DNA of 64,000 nt from Pristiophorus japonicus (Eukaryota), in NCBI RefSeq assembly GCF_044704955.1, contig NC_092006.1:5270001-5334000 (forward strand), written 5' to 3'. Below the pieces are notes generated by a model. It did no database searches. It had not been told where the DNA came from and worked only from the letters and a program-made list of their open reading frames with translations. A program made the position numbers and the translations under genes. Each line of letters begins with the position of its first letter. The first letter of the stretch is position 1. This document shows, piece by piece, positions 27,020 through 40,234 of this stretch.

Positions 27020-27500
27020 GCAGGACTATAGAACTGACCACACTCGATCAGCTCTACTGGGCAGGCCACATAGTTCGCATGCCAGACACGAGACTCCCAA
27101 AGCAAATGCTCTATGCGGAGCTCCGTCATGGTAATCGAGCCAAAGGTGGGCAGAGGAAACGTTACAAGGACCACCCTCAAAGCCTCCCTGGTAAAGTGCG
27201 ACATCACCACCGACACCTGGGAGACCCTGGCCGCAGACCGCCCGAGGTAGAGAACGTCCATCCGGGAGGGCGTTGAGCCCTTCGAGTCTCGACGCAAAGA
27301 GCGTGAAGAGGTCAGGCACAGGCAGCGGAAGGAGCGCGCGGCAAACCAGCCCCACCCACCCCTTCCCCCGCCGAATGTCTGTCCCACCTGTGACAGGGTC
27401 TGTGACTCTCGTATCGGACCGTTCAGCCACCAGAGAACTCACTTTGGGAGTGGAGGCAAGTCTTCCCCGATTCCGAGGGACTGCCTGTGATGATGATGAT
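27020..27500 (+). mobile_element. RTE-clade LINE 3' fragment; related pieces at 43520-43830 and 31930-32400
   Basis: MPDTRLPKQMLYAEL..G.R..GGQRKRYKD motif; (tga)n tail. Confidence 0.75.
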
Positions 27501-27504
27501 ACGA

Positions 27505-28350
27505 TCAATGAACTGGTCAGGTGGGCAGAACAGCGGCAAATGGAATTCAATCCAGAGAAGTGTGAGGTAATGCATTTGGGGAGGGCTAACAAGGCAAGGG
27601 AATACATTGAATGGTCAGACACTGAGAAGTGTAGAGGAACAGAGGGACCTTGGAGTGCAGGTCCACAGATCCCTGAAGGTAGCAGGCCAGGTGGATAAGG
27701 TGGTTAAGAAGGCATACGGAATACCTGCCTTTATTAGCCGAGGCATGGAATACAAGAGCAGGGAGGTTATGCTTGAACTGTATAAAACACTGGTTAGGCC
27801 ACAGCTGGAGTACTGCGTGCAGTTCTGGTCAGGAAAGATGTGATTGCACTGGAGAGGGGGCAGAGGAGATTTACCAGGATGTTGCCGGGACTGGAGAACT
27901 TTAGCGATGAGGAAAGATTGGATAGGCTGGGGTTGTTTTCTTTGGAACAAAGGAGGCTGAGGGGAGAGCTTATTGAGGTGTCTAAAATTACGAGGGGCCT
28001 GGATAGAGTGGATAGGACGGACCTGTTTCCCTTGGCAGAGGGGTCAACAACCAGGGGGCACAGATTTAAAGTAATTGGGGGGAGGTTTAGAGGAGATTTG
28101 AGGGGAAATTTCTTCACCCAGAGGGCGGTGGGGGTCTGGGGCGGAACTCACTGCCTGAAAGGGTGGTAGAGGCAGAAACCCTCACCACATTTAACAAGTA
28201 CCTGGATGTGCGCTTGAAGTGCCGTAACCTACAGGGCTATGGACCGAGAGCGGGAAAGTGGGATTAGGCCGGGTAGCTCTTGGTCGGCCGGCGCGGACAC
28301 GATGGGCTGAAACGGCCTCCTTCCGTGCCGTAAATGTCTATGATTCTACG
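27505..28350 (+). mobile_element. CR1 fragment of a second subfamily; also at 18390-18820 and 33515-33945
   Basis: MEFNPEKCEVMHLG / [18 protein letters not shown] peptides. Confidence 0.88.
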
Positions 28351-29179
28351 ATTCGTACTTATGCCAACATAAATAGCCCACATTCTGCCCGGCGTATGCC
28401 CATGAAATTCTGACGCTGGCCAAAGCAGGAGCAAGTGGGTAGCACTCTCGTCTCAGAGTCAGAAGGTTGTGGGTTCAAGTCCCACTTCAGAGATTGAGCA
28501 TACAACCCAGGGATGGAATACTTCTCGACCTGGAGTCCAGCTTGGTGCTGTCTATAATCCACATTTTTTCATTTCCTGGATTATCCAGCTAACCAATTAC
28601 TCACATGAACGTTCCTTTCTACGTAAGTAAGAATAACATGCAGCACAGCTCAATGCAAAATCCAACGTGCATGTTTTGGTAAACTGATAAAACCTTATAT
28701 CTGAATAACATTTTAAAAATGGCAAGTTATGACAGTAAACAGCAATAAGAGTGTATACCCGGCTATAATCCACAAACCCCCGCATTCAAAGTACATAATG
28801 AAGTGAAAACAATATGTATTTTCTCACTCTGACATTGCAATGACTCAGTAACGATTTCCCAGTCAATTGGTCTTGCAACAGTGCCTGAGCTATCCTGTGG
28901 GTCCTTGGTTTCACTGACACACCGCACACATTTGTTCTTTCAATCTGTGCTGTAAATCGGCCGCAGAGATATTCTGAGCGCATCTGGACCGAGCGATCAA
29001 AGAGCAGGATTCACATCCACAACGCTGGGGTTTCAAAACCAGTTTAATTTATCTGTAAACATTACATATGAATTATATCACGTGCTGTATAAAGATGTAC
29101 TCAGCACGGAAACCACAAATACAAGAATTTGGCATTACAATACTTGAAATTAGTTGAGTATATTCAAGACGGAGAGCGA

Positions 29180-31930
29180 TATAGGAGCAGGAGTTGGCCA
29201 TTCAGCCCCTCGAGCCTGCTCCGCCATTTAATACCATCATGGCCGCTCTGATCATGGACTCAGCTCCCCTTCCCCGCCTGTTCCCCATAACCCTTTACTC
29301 TCTTATCGCTCAAAAATCTGTCTATCTCCACCTTAAATATATTCAATGACCCAGCCTCCACAGCTCTCTGAGTCAGCGAATTCCACAGATTTACAACCCT
29401 CTGAGAGAAGAAATTCCTCCTCATCTCAGTTTTAAGTGGGCGGCCCCTTATGCCCCCCCAGTTTTAGTTTCGCCTATGAGTGGAAACATCCTCTCTGCAT
29501 CCACCTTGTCGAGCCCCCTCATTATCTTATATGTTTCCATTAGATCACCTCTCATTCTTCTGAACTCCAATGAGTAGAGGCCCAACCTACTCAACCTATC
29601 CTCATAAGTCAACCCCCTCCGGAATCAGCCGAGTGAACCTTCTCTGAACACCCTCCAATGCAAGTATATCCTTCCTTAAATACGGAGACCAAAACTGCAC
29701 GCAGTACTCCAGGTGTGGCCTCACCAATACCCTGTACATTTGTAGCAGGACTTCTCTGCTTTTATACTCCATCCCCCTTGCAATAAGGCCAACATTCCAT
29801 TCCAGTTGAGATCGAAGATCGGCCATGATCTTATTGAATGGCGGAGCAGGCTCGAGGAGCCGAATGGCCTCCTCCTGCTCCTAATTCGTATATTCTAAAA
29901 TAGAGATTAAACTGAACAGTAACCGACATATCATCGTAAGAACAGTGGCCCAACACAACGCTATGTAAGAGTCCATTTCAATGGTAGAGTTTTCGATTGG
30001 ACCCAATTGGGAAATCGCGCCCAAACTATGTTTGAAATTGCACCGACTGTCCGGCAAAACAGAGGAAGCTTTGCACTCCATATCGTCTTTCCTTTCCCAT
30101 CGGAGTGTTGGCTCCGTGTTAAATGCCAGCTGGGCATAAAGAGTCTGTGAGAGAAAACAGAAACAATTACCACGGCCCACATCTTCAGCGTCGGAACAGT
30201 GGGACAGGAGAGGGCCATTCAGCCCTTCGAGCCTGTTCCCCCATTCAGTTTGATCATGGCTAATGTGTATCTGAACTCCATCCGCCCGCCTTAAATACCC
30301 TCGCCCAACACCAATCTTTCATCGCAGTTTTGAACATTTCAATTGACCCTCAGCCTCAACAACTTTATGAGAGAGAGAGTTCCAGGTTCCCGCGGCCCTT
30401 TGTCTGAAGATGTGTTTCCTGACATCACCCCTGAACGGCCGGGCTCGAATTTTAAGGTCAAGCCCCCTTGTTCTGGACTCCCCAGACTCTCTCAAATTCT
30501 CTAATCATCTTAAATATCTCGATTACATCACCCTGTAATCTACACTCGAGGGAAAACAAGGCCAGTCTAAGAACATAAGAACATAAGATTTAGGAGCAGG
30601 AGTCAGCCATTCGGGCCCCTCGAGCTTGCTCCGCCATTCAATGAGATCACGGCTGACCATCGACCTCAACTCCACTTTCCTGCCCCATCTCCATATCCCT
30701 TGTTCCCCTCGATTCCGAAAATCTCTCGATCTCAGCCTTGAATATACTCAACGACTGAGTCTCCACAGCCCTCTGGGGCAGAGAATTCCAAAGATTCACC
30801 ACCCTCTGAGTGAAGAAATTCCTCCTCATCTCAGTCCTAAATGGCCAAGCCCTTATCCTGAGACTGTGTGACCCCTGGTTCTAGACTCCCCAGCCCTGAT
30901 ATGATTCAATGAGATCACATCTCATTCTTCTAAACTCCAGAGAGTATAGGCCCAGTCTACTCAACAGGTATATGCAACCTGTCCCATAATATAACCCTTT
31001 TAGCATGTTGGGACATTTTATTGGTTGTTGATAGCTCAGGTATAATTGTAGTGAATCGGCAATCCTGTGGGTATTTATAATTACTGACTGAAAATATCCA
31101 AATATAGATATTTGAATTTACTTTCAAATAAAAGGTGAATTTGTTTATTCGTTCCTGGGATGTGGGCGTGGCTGGCAAGGCCGGCATTTATTGCCCATCC
31201 CTAATTGCCCCTTGAGAAGGTGGTGGTGAGCCGCCTTCTTGAACCACAGAGGGTGGTTAAGCACCATTCAAATCGCTGTGGGTTTGGAGTCACGTATCAG
31301 CCAGACTGGGTAAGGGGCAGTAGATTTCTGTGATTTCCTTCCCTGAAACATAGAAACATAGAAACATAGAAAATAGGTGCAGGAGTAGGCCATTCGGCCC
31401 TTCGAGCCTGCACCACCATTCAATATGATCATGGCTGATCATGCAACTTCTGTACCCCTTTCCTGCTTTTTCTCCATACCCCTTGATCCCTTTAGCCATA
31501 AGGGCCACATCTAACTCCCTTTTGAATATATCCAACGAACTGGCCTCAACATCTTTCTGTGGTAGAGAATTCCACAGGTTCACAATTCTCTGAGTGAAGA
31601 AGTTTCTCCTCATCTCGGTCCTAAATGGCTTACCCGTTATCCTTAGACTGTGACCCCTTGTTCTGGACTTCCCCAACATTGGGAACATTCTTCCTGCATC
31701 TAGCCTGTCCAATCCCGTCAGAATTTTATATGTTTCGATGAGATTCCCCTCTCATTCTTCTAAATTCCACTGAATATAAGCCTAGTCGATCCAGTCTTTC
31801 TTCATATGTCAGTCCTGCCATCCCGGGAATCAGTCTGGTGAACCTTCGCTGCACTCCCTCAATAGCAAGAATGTCCTTCCTCAGATTAGGAGACCAAAAC
31901 TGCACACAATACTCCAGGTGTGGCCTCACT
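29180..31930 (-). mobile_element. CR1 fragments flanking the last exon of gene C (29180-29800, 30570-30960, 31347-31930)
   Basis: CR1 peptides and tails. Confidence 0.85.
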
Positions 31931-34900
31931 GAGGCCCTGTAGGAGGGCGATGGCTACGAAGCCAGGTCGCTGGTTGCAGTGCAGGCAGGCACAGCAGGAG
32001 GGGCGACGGAGCAGCAAGAGTCCGTAGAGGGAAGTGATCGAGGCCCAAGAGAGGCGTGAATCTGGGGCCCAGAAGAGACGAGGGCCCAGGGGCAGCACGG
32101 GCCCAGCCCACACTGTGCGATATGTGCGCGCACTAGGCCCGTGCAGCAGAGCTGGTCTCCAGTCGTCCTGGTTCACCCTTGCCCCTGGACCAAGACCTCG
32201 CTCTGTCAAGCCCCGTGTGGTGGCTGGTGTGCAACGGTCACCCCACGTTAAAAAAAAACACCCACAGGGGCCTTCCACCCTTCAGGATGTAGTTCGGGAT
32301 CTAGAATTTTAGGTTCTTTATTGAAACACTGTGAACTCATCCCTTTTTTGGCGTGGAATCAAGCCATACTCACTTCGAGGGACTGCCTATAATGATGATA
32401 CAACTGCAGTAAGACCTCCCTGTTCCTATACTCAAATCCCCTATACTGTCCTATACTCAAAGACATTAGTGACACCAGATGGGGTTTTACAATCTGGTAA
32501 TTTTATGGTCACCGTTACTTTTTAATTCCACATTTATTTGATTAATTGAATTTAAACTTCTCACCTACCATGGTGGGATTGGAATTCGGGTCCCCGGGAT
32601 TAATAGTCCAGGCGCCTGGATTACTAGCCCGCTGACATAACCACTATGCTACCGTTCTGTCGTGTTGAGCGAAGACAGCTCTTTTCCTATCTACCGCCTG
32701 GAACAGCGAACCACCCTGCAAGCGGATAAATTGGGAGTGCGGAGGAGTTTGAAGCACCTTGCGACCATCCCTACCTGACTGCCGCTCCGGACAGCCGCCA
32801 CAGACACCATCAGGAGCAGGAGAAGCGCCGCCAACAAATTCAGGACCAACCGCAATCCGTAGGCGCTCTGTGACGGAGACACTGTAAGAAAAGAGCTTTT
32901 TTAAAGAAAAAGGACGTTTCTGCAAAGAGTTAAACAAGTGCAGCCACCGAGCAAATCTGCTTGTGGAATTTCACACAAAACATTTTGCATAGTTCCCCAG
33001 CGAGCAGATATCTGAGAGGCCCCTGCTTACCGATAACTTTGCAATTAACAAGGACTGCGATGTTGCGATAGACAGGCAGACACGGGCAGACACCTGAGAG
33101 ATAGACAGATAAGAACACAAGAAATAGGAGCAGGAGTCGGCCATTTGGCTCCACAGCTGGTCTGGTCTCGGGCTCAGCTCTACTTCCCTGTCTGATAGAT
33201 AGACAGACAGACATAGAGATAGAGATAGAGAGAGAGTTAGAGAGTTAGAGAGAGAGAGGGAGATAGAGAGAGAGAGAGAGAGAGAGGGAGATAGATAGAT
33301 AGAGAGTTAGAGAGAGAGAGAGATAGATAGAGAGTTAGAGATAGAGAGTTAGAGTTAGAGATAGAGAGTTAGAGATAGAGATAGAGAGTTAGAGATAGAG
33401 ATAGAGAGTTAGAGATAGAGAGTTAGAGATAGAGAGTTAGAGATAGAGAGTTAGAGAGATAGATAGATAGAGTTAGAGATAGAGAGTTAGAGATAGAGAG
33501 TTAGAGAGATAGATCGATTGGATAGGCTGGGTTGTTTTCTTTGGAACAGAGGAGACTGAGGGGCGACCTTATTGAGGTGTATAAAATTATGAGGGGCCTG
33601 GATAGAGTGGATAGGACAGACCTGTTTCCCTTGGCAGAGGGGTCAACAACCAGGGGTCACAGATTGAAAGTAATTGGGAGGAGGTTTAGAGGGGATTTGA
33701 GGGGAAATGTCTTCACCCAGAGGGTGGCGGAGGTCTGGGGTGGAACTCACTGCCTGAAAGGGTGGTAGAGGCAGAAACCCTCACCACATTTAAAAAGCAC
33801 CTGGATGTGCGCTTGAAGTTCCGTAACCTACAGGGCTACGGACTGAGAGGTGGAAAGTGGGATTAGGCTGGGTGGCTCTTTGTCGGCCGGCGCAGACATG
33901 ATGAGCCGAATGACCTCCTTCCATGCTGTAAATTTCTATGATTCTAGGATAGACATCGCGATAGAACACAGCACAGTGGAAATGTAATCACATTTTCGAC
34001 TTTTAAGCAGGGAGGTACCTTACTCCGAACATTTATTCCCTAGCTAGACAGATAGACTTCAAAATTCAGCAAGGTAGACACTGAAACATTGAGAGATATG
34101 TGATAGGGAGATCGTGGTATAATTATACACGCAGACGCAGAAAAGGACGTAAGAATATAAGAACATAAGAAATAGGAGCAGGAGTCGGCCATTCGGCCCC
34201 TCGAGCCTACTCCGCCATTCAATACGATCCTGGCTGATCCGATCATGGACTCAGCTCCACTTCCCCGCCCACTCCCCATAACCCTTCACTTCCTTATCGC
34301 TCAAAAATCTGTCTATCTCCACCTTATATATATTCAATGTCCCAGCCTCCACAGCTCTCTGGAGCCGAGAATTCCACAGATTTACAACCCTCTGAGAGAA
34401 GAAATTCCTCCTCATCTCAGTTTTAAATGGGCGGCCCCTTATTCTGAGACTATGCCCCCTAGTTCTAGTCTCCCCCATCAGTGGAAACATCCTCTCTGCA
34501 TCCACCTTGTCGAGCCCCCTCATTATCTTATACGTTTCGATAAGATCACCTCTCATTCTTCTGAACTCCAATGAGTAGAGACCCAACCTGCTCAACCTTA
34601 CCTAAGAAGTCAACCCCCTCATCTCCGAAATCAACCAAGTGAACCTTCTCTGAACTGCCTCCAGTGCAAGTATATCCTTCCTTAAATACGGAGACCAAAA
34701 CTGCACGCAGTACTCCAGGTGTGGCCTCACCAATACCCTCTCCAGTTGTAGCAGGACTTCTCTGCTTTTATACTCTATCCCCCTTGCAATAAAGGCCAAG
34801 ATTCCATTCCAGTTGAGGTCTAAGATTGGCCGTGATCTTATTGAATGGCAGAGCAGGCTCGAGGGGCCGAATGGCCTCCTCCTGCTCCTAATTCGTATAT

Positions 34901-37900
34901 TCTAAAATAGAGGTTAGACTGAACAGTAACCGACATATCGTAGAGGGTTGTTGAGGCCAGTCTGTTAGATATATTAAAGAGGAAGCTAGATATGGCCCTT
35001 ACAGCTAAAGGGATCAAGGGGTATGGAGAGAAAGCAGGAATGGGGTACTGAGGTGAATGATCAGCCATGATCATATTGAATGGTGGTGCAGGCTCGAAGG
35101 GCCGAATGGCCTACTCCTGCACATATTTTCTATGTTTCTATGTAAGGACAGTGGCTAAATACAGCGCTATGTATTCTGAATTCCCTGTCATTCTTCTGAA
35201 CTCCATGCCTTCAATATACAAAAAGTTGCGAAGAAGTGAGACTCACATCACCATTGAAGATATTAGTGAAGGGGACACCGGCCACAGTTACCTCCCGGAG
35301 ATGCGACGCTTTCACTCAGGAGATCCCCGGTGGCGTTGATCGGAACGGTGCAAGTGCAGACGCTCAGGACGCTTCTGGCGGTATAGCTCCCGTCCGGCTC
35401 CAGCCTGCCGGGCTCGCTCCGTCCCTCGGCGGCCCGTCCCGCAACCAGCCAGCGGATGGGGAAGGAGTCCGGAGCAGCGCCCCGCACCAGACACATCAAG
35501 GGCACTCTCTCCAGCCGGGGAATCTCAGCCGGCGGTGGCGTTAAGAGGAAGAGGACCGGGGGGCCCGCTAGATGGAAGAGAAATTGGAATTAACCAGGCG
35601 CACAAGGTAGGTTTGAATTGGTGTCTCGACGCACAATTGGATGGACGAGTGGGATTACCTGTGATCACCAGCGTGGTGCCAGTCCCGAATATCAGGGACC
35701 GATTCCTGGCGTTTGGAGCAGCGCAGTAATACCGCCCAGAATCGCTCCTCTGGACGTTGTCAATGACCAGCGAATAATTCCCCGATTGCTCGCATACCTC
35801 GCCGGAAAATCTTCCCCCGGGCCTCACGAACCGTCCGGTTTTGTAAACGAGCCGCATGCCCTCTCGGTGCCAGTGTGTGTACCAGTAAACGATGCCCGGG
35901 GCCAGCCTCCCGGTCTGGCATTGAAGTTTGACCAGGCTCCCGACATCGGCCGTTAGCAGCGCCGGAAATTGGCTCAAGACCGCCTGAGACACGACAGCTG
36001 AGACAAGGTTGCGGGGGGGGGGGGACACAAAAATTAAAAAAAACACAATATTAACAACAGGTTATAGGCCCCCGAGTCACCCTGGATACCGACACATCTC
36101 AAATTCCCCTCCACTGGCGCGTCGGGAGCGCGTGTGGGACATTCCGCCGCGCTGCGCACCGTTAAATTGCGCCTCTCCGCCCGCAATTCCCACAGGCGCA
36201 CAGTCCGAGTCCGTTCGCTGTGAAATCCGCTCCAATCATTGGCGGGCACCATGGCGACTGGCTGCAGTTAAGATTGCAAAATCCTTCTCCCAAACCGATT
36301 ATGCTTCCCCCTGGTCTAACCCGGCTCTCCAATCCATCTCTCCAGGGGTTGGGGACCGGGGGGCGCTTGATTGTGTTAAAATGGGGCGATAGCTTTCTCA
36401 CTAATTCCACTAGACAGGCCCCCCTCTCCCAACGGTAGACCCTCGCCTTCAAATACCGGAGTTCACTAACATCTTTATCTCAGTTAGGGGGCAGTTCAGT
36501 GTCACATTCGCTTCCACTCACCCATCACAATGTTCGGCTCCAAAGTCGCGCTATCGGTATTGAGCGAAGCCCGCACACCTTTATACTTTGCCCAATATCT
36601 AATCTGCTTCTTAAAAAAATTATAGTTAAACGCAAACTTGTGTATCAGCGAACGATGCAACACAGGAGGCCATTCGGCCCATCAAACCTGTGTTGTGACA
36701 GAGCGACTCAATCATTCCCACTCCGCCCCTGCTCTTTCCCCACAGCCCGGCATATTGCCTCCTTTCCAAATATTTATCCAATTCCCCCGTTTGAAAGTCA
36801 CTTTTTCATCTGCTCCCAGTGCCCCTTTCAGGCAGCGCGTTCCCGAGCACAAGCTCTCAGGGCTTGAAATCACGTCCTGATCTCCCCCTCTGGTTCTGTT
36901 ACCGATTATCTTAAACATGTGTCCTCTGCTTACCCACCCTCCTCCCACTAGAAACAATCTCTCCTTCTTTACTCGATCGGAAACCTTCTCCTTATTAATT
37001 CTATACAAAACCCTTCTCCTTATTAATTCTCTCCAAAACCCTTCTCCTTATTAATTCTCTCCAAAACCCGTCTAAAATCCAAAATCCAAAAGAGCAGGAG
37101 TAAACGGGTACTTTTCAGAATGGCAGGCAGTGACTAGTGGAGTGCCGCAAGGTTCTGTGCTGGGGCCCCAACTGTTTACATTGTACATTAATGATTTAGA
37201 CGAGGGGATTAAATGCAGTATCTCCAAATTTGCGGATGATACTAAGTTGGGTGGCAGTGTGAGCTGCGAGGAGGATGCTATTAGGCTGCAGAGTGACTTG
37301 GATAGGTTAGGTGAGTGGGCAAATGCATGGCAGATGAAGTATAATGTGGATAAATGTGAGGTTATCCACTTTGGTGGTAAAAACAGAGAGACAGACTATT
37401 ATCTGAATGGTGACAGATTAGGAAAAGGGAAGGTGCAATGAGACCTGGGTGTCATGGTACATCAGTCATTGAAGGTTGGCATGCAGGTACAGCAGGCGGT
37501 TAAGAAAGCAAATGGCATGTTGGCCTTCATAGCGAGGGGATTTGAATACAGGGGCAGGGAGGTGTTGCTACAGTTGTACAGGGCCTTGGTGAGGCCACAC
37601 CTGGAGTATTGTGTACAGTTTTGGTCTCCTAACTTGAGGAAGGACATTCTTGCTATTGAGGGAGTGCAGCGAAGGTTCACCAGACTGATTCCCGGGATGG
37701 CGGGACTGACCTATCAAGAAAGATTGGATCAACTGGGCTTGTATTCACTGGAGTTCAGAAGAATGAGAGGGGACCTCATAGAAACGTTTAAAATTCTGAC
37801 GGGTTTAGACAGGTTAGATGCAGAAAGAATGTTCCCAATGTTGGGGGAGTCCAGAACCAGGGGTCACAGTCTGAGGATAAGGGGTAAGCCATTTAGGACC

Positions 37901-40234
37901 GAGATGAGGAGAAATTTCTTCACCCAGAGAGTGGTGAACCTGTGGAATTCTCTACCACAGAAAGTAGTTGAGGCCAATTCACTAAATATATTCAAAAGGG
38001 AGTTAGATGAAGTCCTTACTACTCGGGGGATCAAGGGTTATGGCGAGAAAGCAGGAAGGGGGTACTGAAGTTTCATGTTCAGCCATGAACTCATTGAATG
38101 GCGGTGCAGGCTAGAAGGGCTGAATGGCCTGCTCCTGCACCTATTTTCTATGTTTCTATGTTTCTATGTCTCCTTATTAATTCTCTCCAAAACCCTTCTC
38201 CTTATTAATTCGCTCCAAAACCCTTCTCCTTATTAATTCGCTCCAAAACCCTTCTCCTTATTAATTCTCTACAAAATCCTTCCCCTTATTAATTCGCTCC
38301 AAAACCCTTCTCCTTATTAATTCTAACCAAAACCCTTCTCCTTATTAACTCTCTCCAAAACCCTTCTCCTTATTAATTCGCTCCAAAACCCTTCTCCTTA
38401 TTAATTCGCTCCAAAACCCTTCTCCTTATTAATTCTCTACAAAATCCTTCCCCTTATTAATTCGCTCCAAAACCCTTCTCCTTATTAATTCTAACCAAAA
38501 CCCTTCTCCTTATTAATTCGCTCCAAAACCCTTCTCCTTATTAATTCTAACCAAAACCCTTCTCGTTATTAATTATCTCCAAAATCGTTCTCCTTATTAA
38601 TTCGCTCCAAAACCCTTCTCCTTATTAATTCTAACCAAAACCCTTCTCCTTATTAATTCTCTCCAAAACCCTTCTCCTTATTAATTCTATCCAAAACCCT
38701 TCTCATTATTAATTCACTCCAAAACCCTTCTCCTTATTAATTCTCTCCAAAATCCTTCTCATTATTAATTCTCTCCAAAACCCTTCTCATTATTAATTCT
38801 CTCCAAAACCCTTCTCCTTATTAATTCTATCCAAAATCCTCCTCCTTATTAATTCTCTCCAAAACCCTCCTCCTTATTAATTCTCTCCAAAACCCTTCTC
38901 CTTATTAATTCTATCCAAAACCCTTCTCCTTATTAATTCTATCCAAAACCCTCCTCCTTATTAATTCTCTCCAAAACCCTTCTCCTTATTAATTCTCTCC
39001 AAGACCCTTCTCCTTATTAATTCTCTCCAAGACCCTTCTCCTTATTAATTCTCTCCAAAACCCTTCTCCTTATTAATTCTCTCCAAAACCCTTCTCCTTA
39101 TTAATTCTATCCAAAACCCTTCTCCTTATTAATTCTCTCCAAAACCCTTCTCCTTATTAATTCTCTCCAAAACCCTTCTCATTATTAATTCTCTCCAAAA
39201 CCCTTCTCCTTATTAATTCTCTCCAAAACCCTTCTCCTTATTAATTCGATCCAAAACCCTCCTCCTTATTAATTCTCTCCAAAACCCTTCTCCTTATTAA
39301 TTCTCTCCAAGACCCTTCTCCTTATTAATTCTCTCCAAGACCCTTCTCCTTATTAATTCTCTCCAAAACCCTTCTCCTCATTAATTCTCTCCAAAACCCT
39401 TCTCCTTATTAATTCCATCCAAAACCCTTGTCCTTATTAATTCTCTCCAAAATCCTCCTCCTTATTAATTCTCTCCAAAACCCTTCTCATTATTAATTCT
39501 CTCCAAAACCCTTCTCCTTATTAATTCTCTCCAAAACCCTTATCCTTATTAATTCTATCCAAAATCCTCCTCCTTATTAATTCTCTCCAAAGCCCTCCTC
39601 CTTATTAATTCTCTCCAAAACCCTTCTCCTTATTAATTCTCTCCAAAACCCTTCTCCTTATTAATTCTATCCAAAACCCTTCTCCTTATTAATTCTATTC
39701 AAAACCCTCCTCCTTATTAATTCTCTCCAAAACCCTTCTCCTTATTAATTCTCTCCAAGACCCTTCTCCTTATTAATTCTCTCCAAGACCCTTCTCCTTA
39801 TTAATTCTCTCCAAAACCCTTCTCCTTATTAATTCTATCCAAAACCCTTCTCCTTATTAATTCTCTCCAAAACCCTTCTCCTTATTAATTCTATCCAAAA
39901 ACCTTCCCATTATTAATTCTCTCCAAAACCCTTCTCCTTATTAATTCTCTCCAAAACCCTTCTCCTTATTAATTCTATCCAAAACCCTTCTCCTTATTAA
40001 TTCTCTCCAAAACCCTTCTCCTTATTAATTCTCTCCAAAACCCTTTTCCTTATTAATTCTCTCAAAAACCCTTCTCCTTATTAATTCTCTCCAAAACCCT
40101 TTTCCTTATTAATTCGCTCCAAAACCCTTCCCTTGGTTGACTCTCTCCTAACCCCTTCCTCACTCTGGCAAAACATCGAAGGCTATCTCACCTTGGAAGA
40201 GATGGAACAGCACACAGAGACCACAGAAGCTCAT
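29881..40234 (-). CDS. Gene C: VJ-C1(10-aa deletion)-TM(Arg) receptor, 6 coding exons, ~357 aa, TLYAQL motif; could be a young pseudogene
   Basis: Exons (minus): 40234-40192 (MSFCGLCVLFHLFQ), 35997-35659 (VJ), 35567-35292 (C1), 32881-32775 (VSPSQSAYGLRLVLNLLAALLLLLMVSVAAVRSGSQ), 32697-32653 (AVDRKRAVFAQHDRT), 30144-29881 (TLYAQLAFNTEPTLRWERK...). 1074 nt in frame. Confidence 0.78.
33195..33512. repeat. Complex (AG)/(AGAT)/(AGAGTT) microsatellite
   Basis: Direct reading. Confidence 0.9.
35292..35567 (-). CDS. Gene C C1-like exon with in-frame 30-bp deletion
   Basis: 276 bp versus 306 bp in gene D; lacks SAETWRSGAV. Confidence 0.9.
35659..35997 (-). CDS. Gene C germline-joined VJ exon
   Basis: QAVLSQFP...VKLQC...VYWY...GRFSG...YSLVIDNVQRSDSGRYYCAAPNARNRSLIFGTGTTLVIT. 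Confidence 0.95.
36980..40130. repeat. 28-bp minisatellite (~70 copies) in gene C intron 1, interrupted by a CR1
   Basis: Unit ccttctccttattaattctctccaaaac. Confidence 0.95.
37090..38168 (+). mobile_element. CR1 insertion within the 28-bp minisatellite, absent from the gene D arm
   Basis: SGVPQGSVLGP, FADD and C-terminal peptides; (ttctatgt)n tail. Confidence 0.93.

Noticed and set aside
30957-31187. Possible extra gene C exon (cccacag|GATTGCCGA...)
   Set aside because: No counterpart in B or D, no clear donor, and the model is already in frame without it.
38169-40130. CRISPR-like array of 28-bp repeats
   Set aside because: Head-to-tail units with no unique spacers; eukaryotic intronic VNTR.
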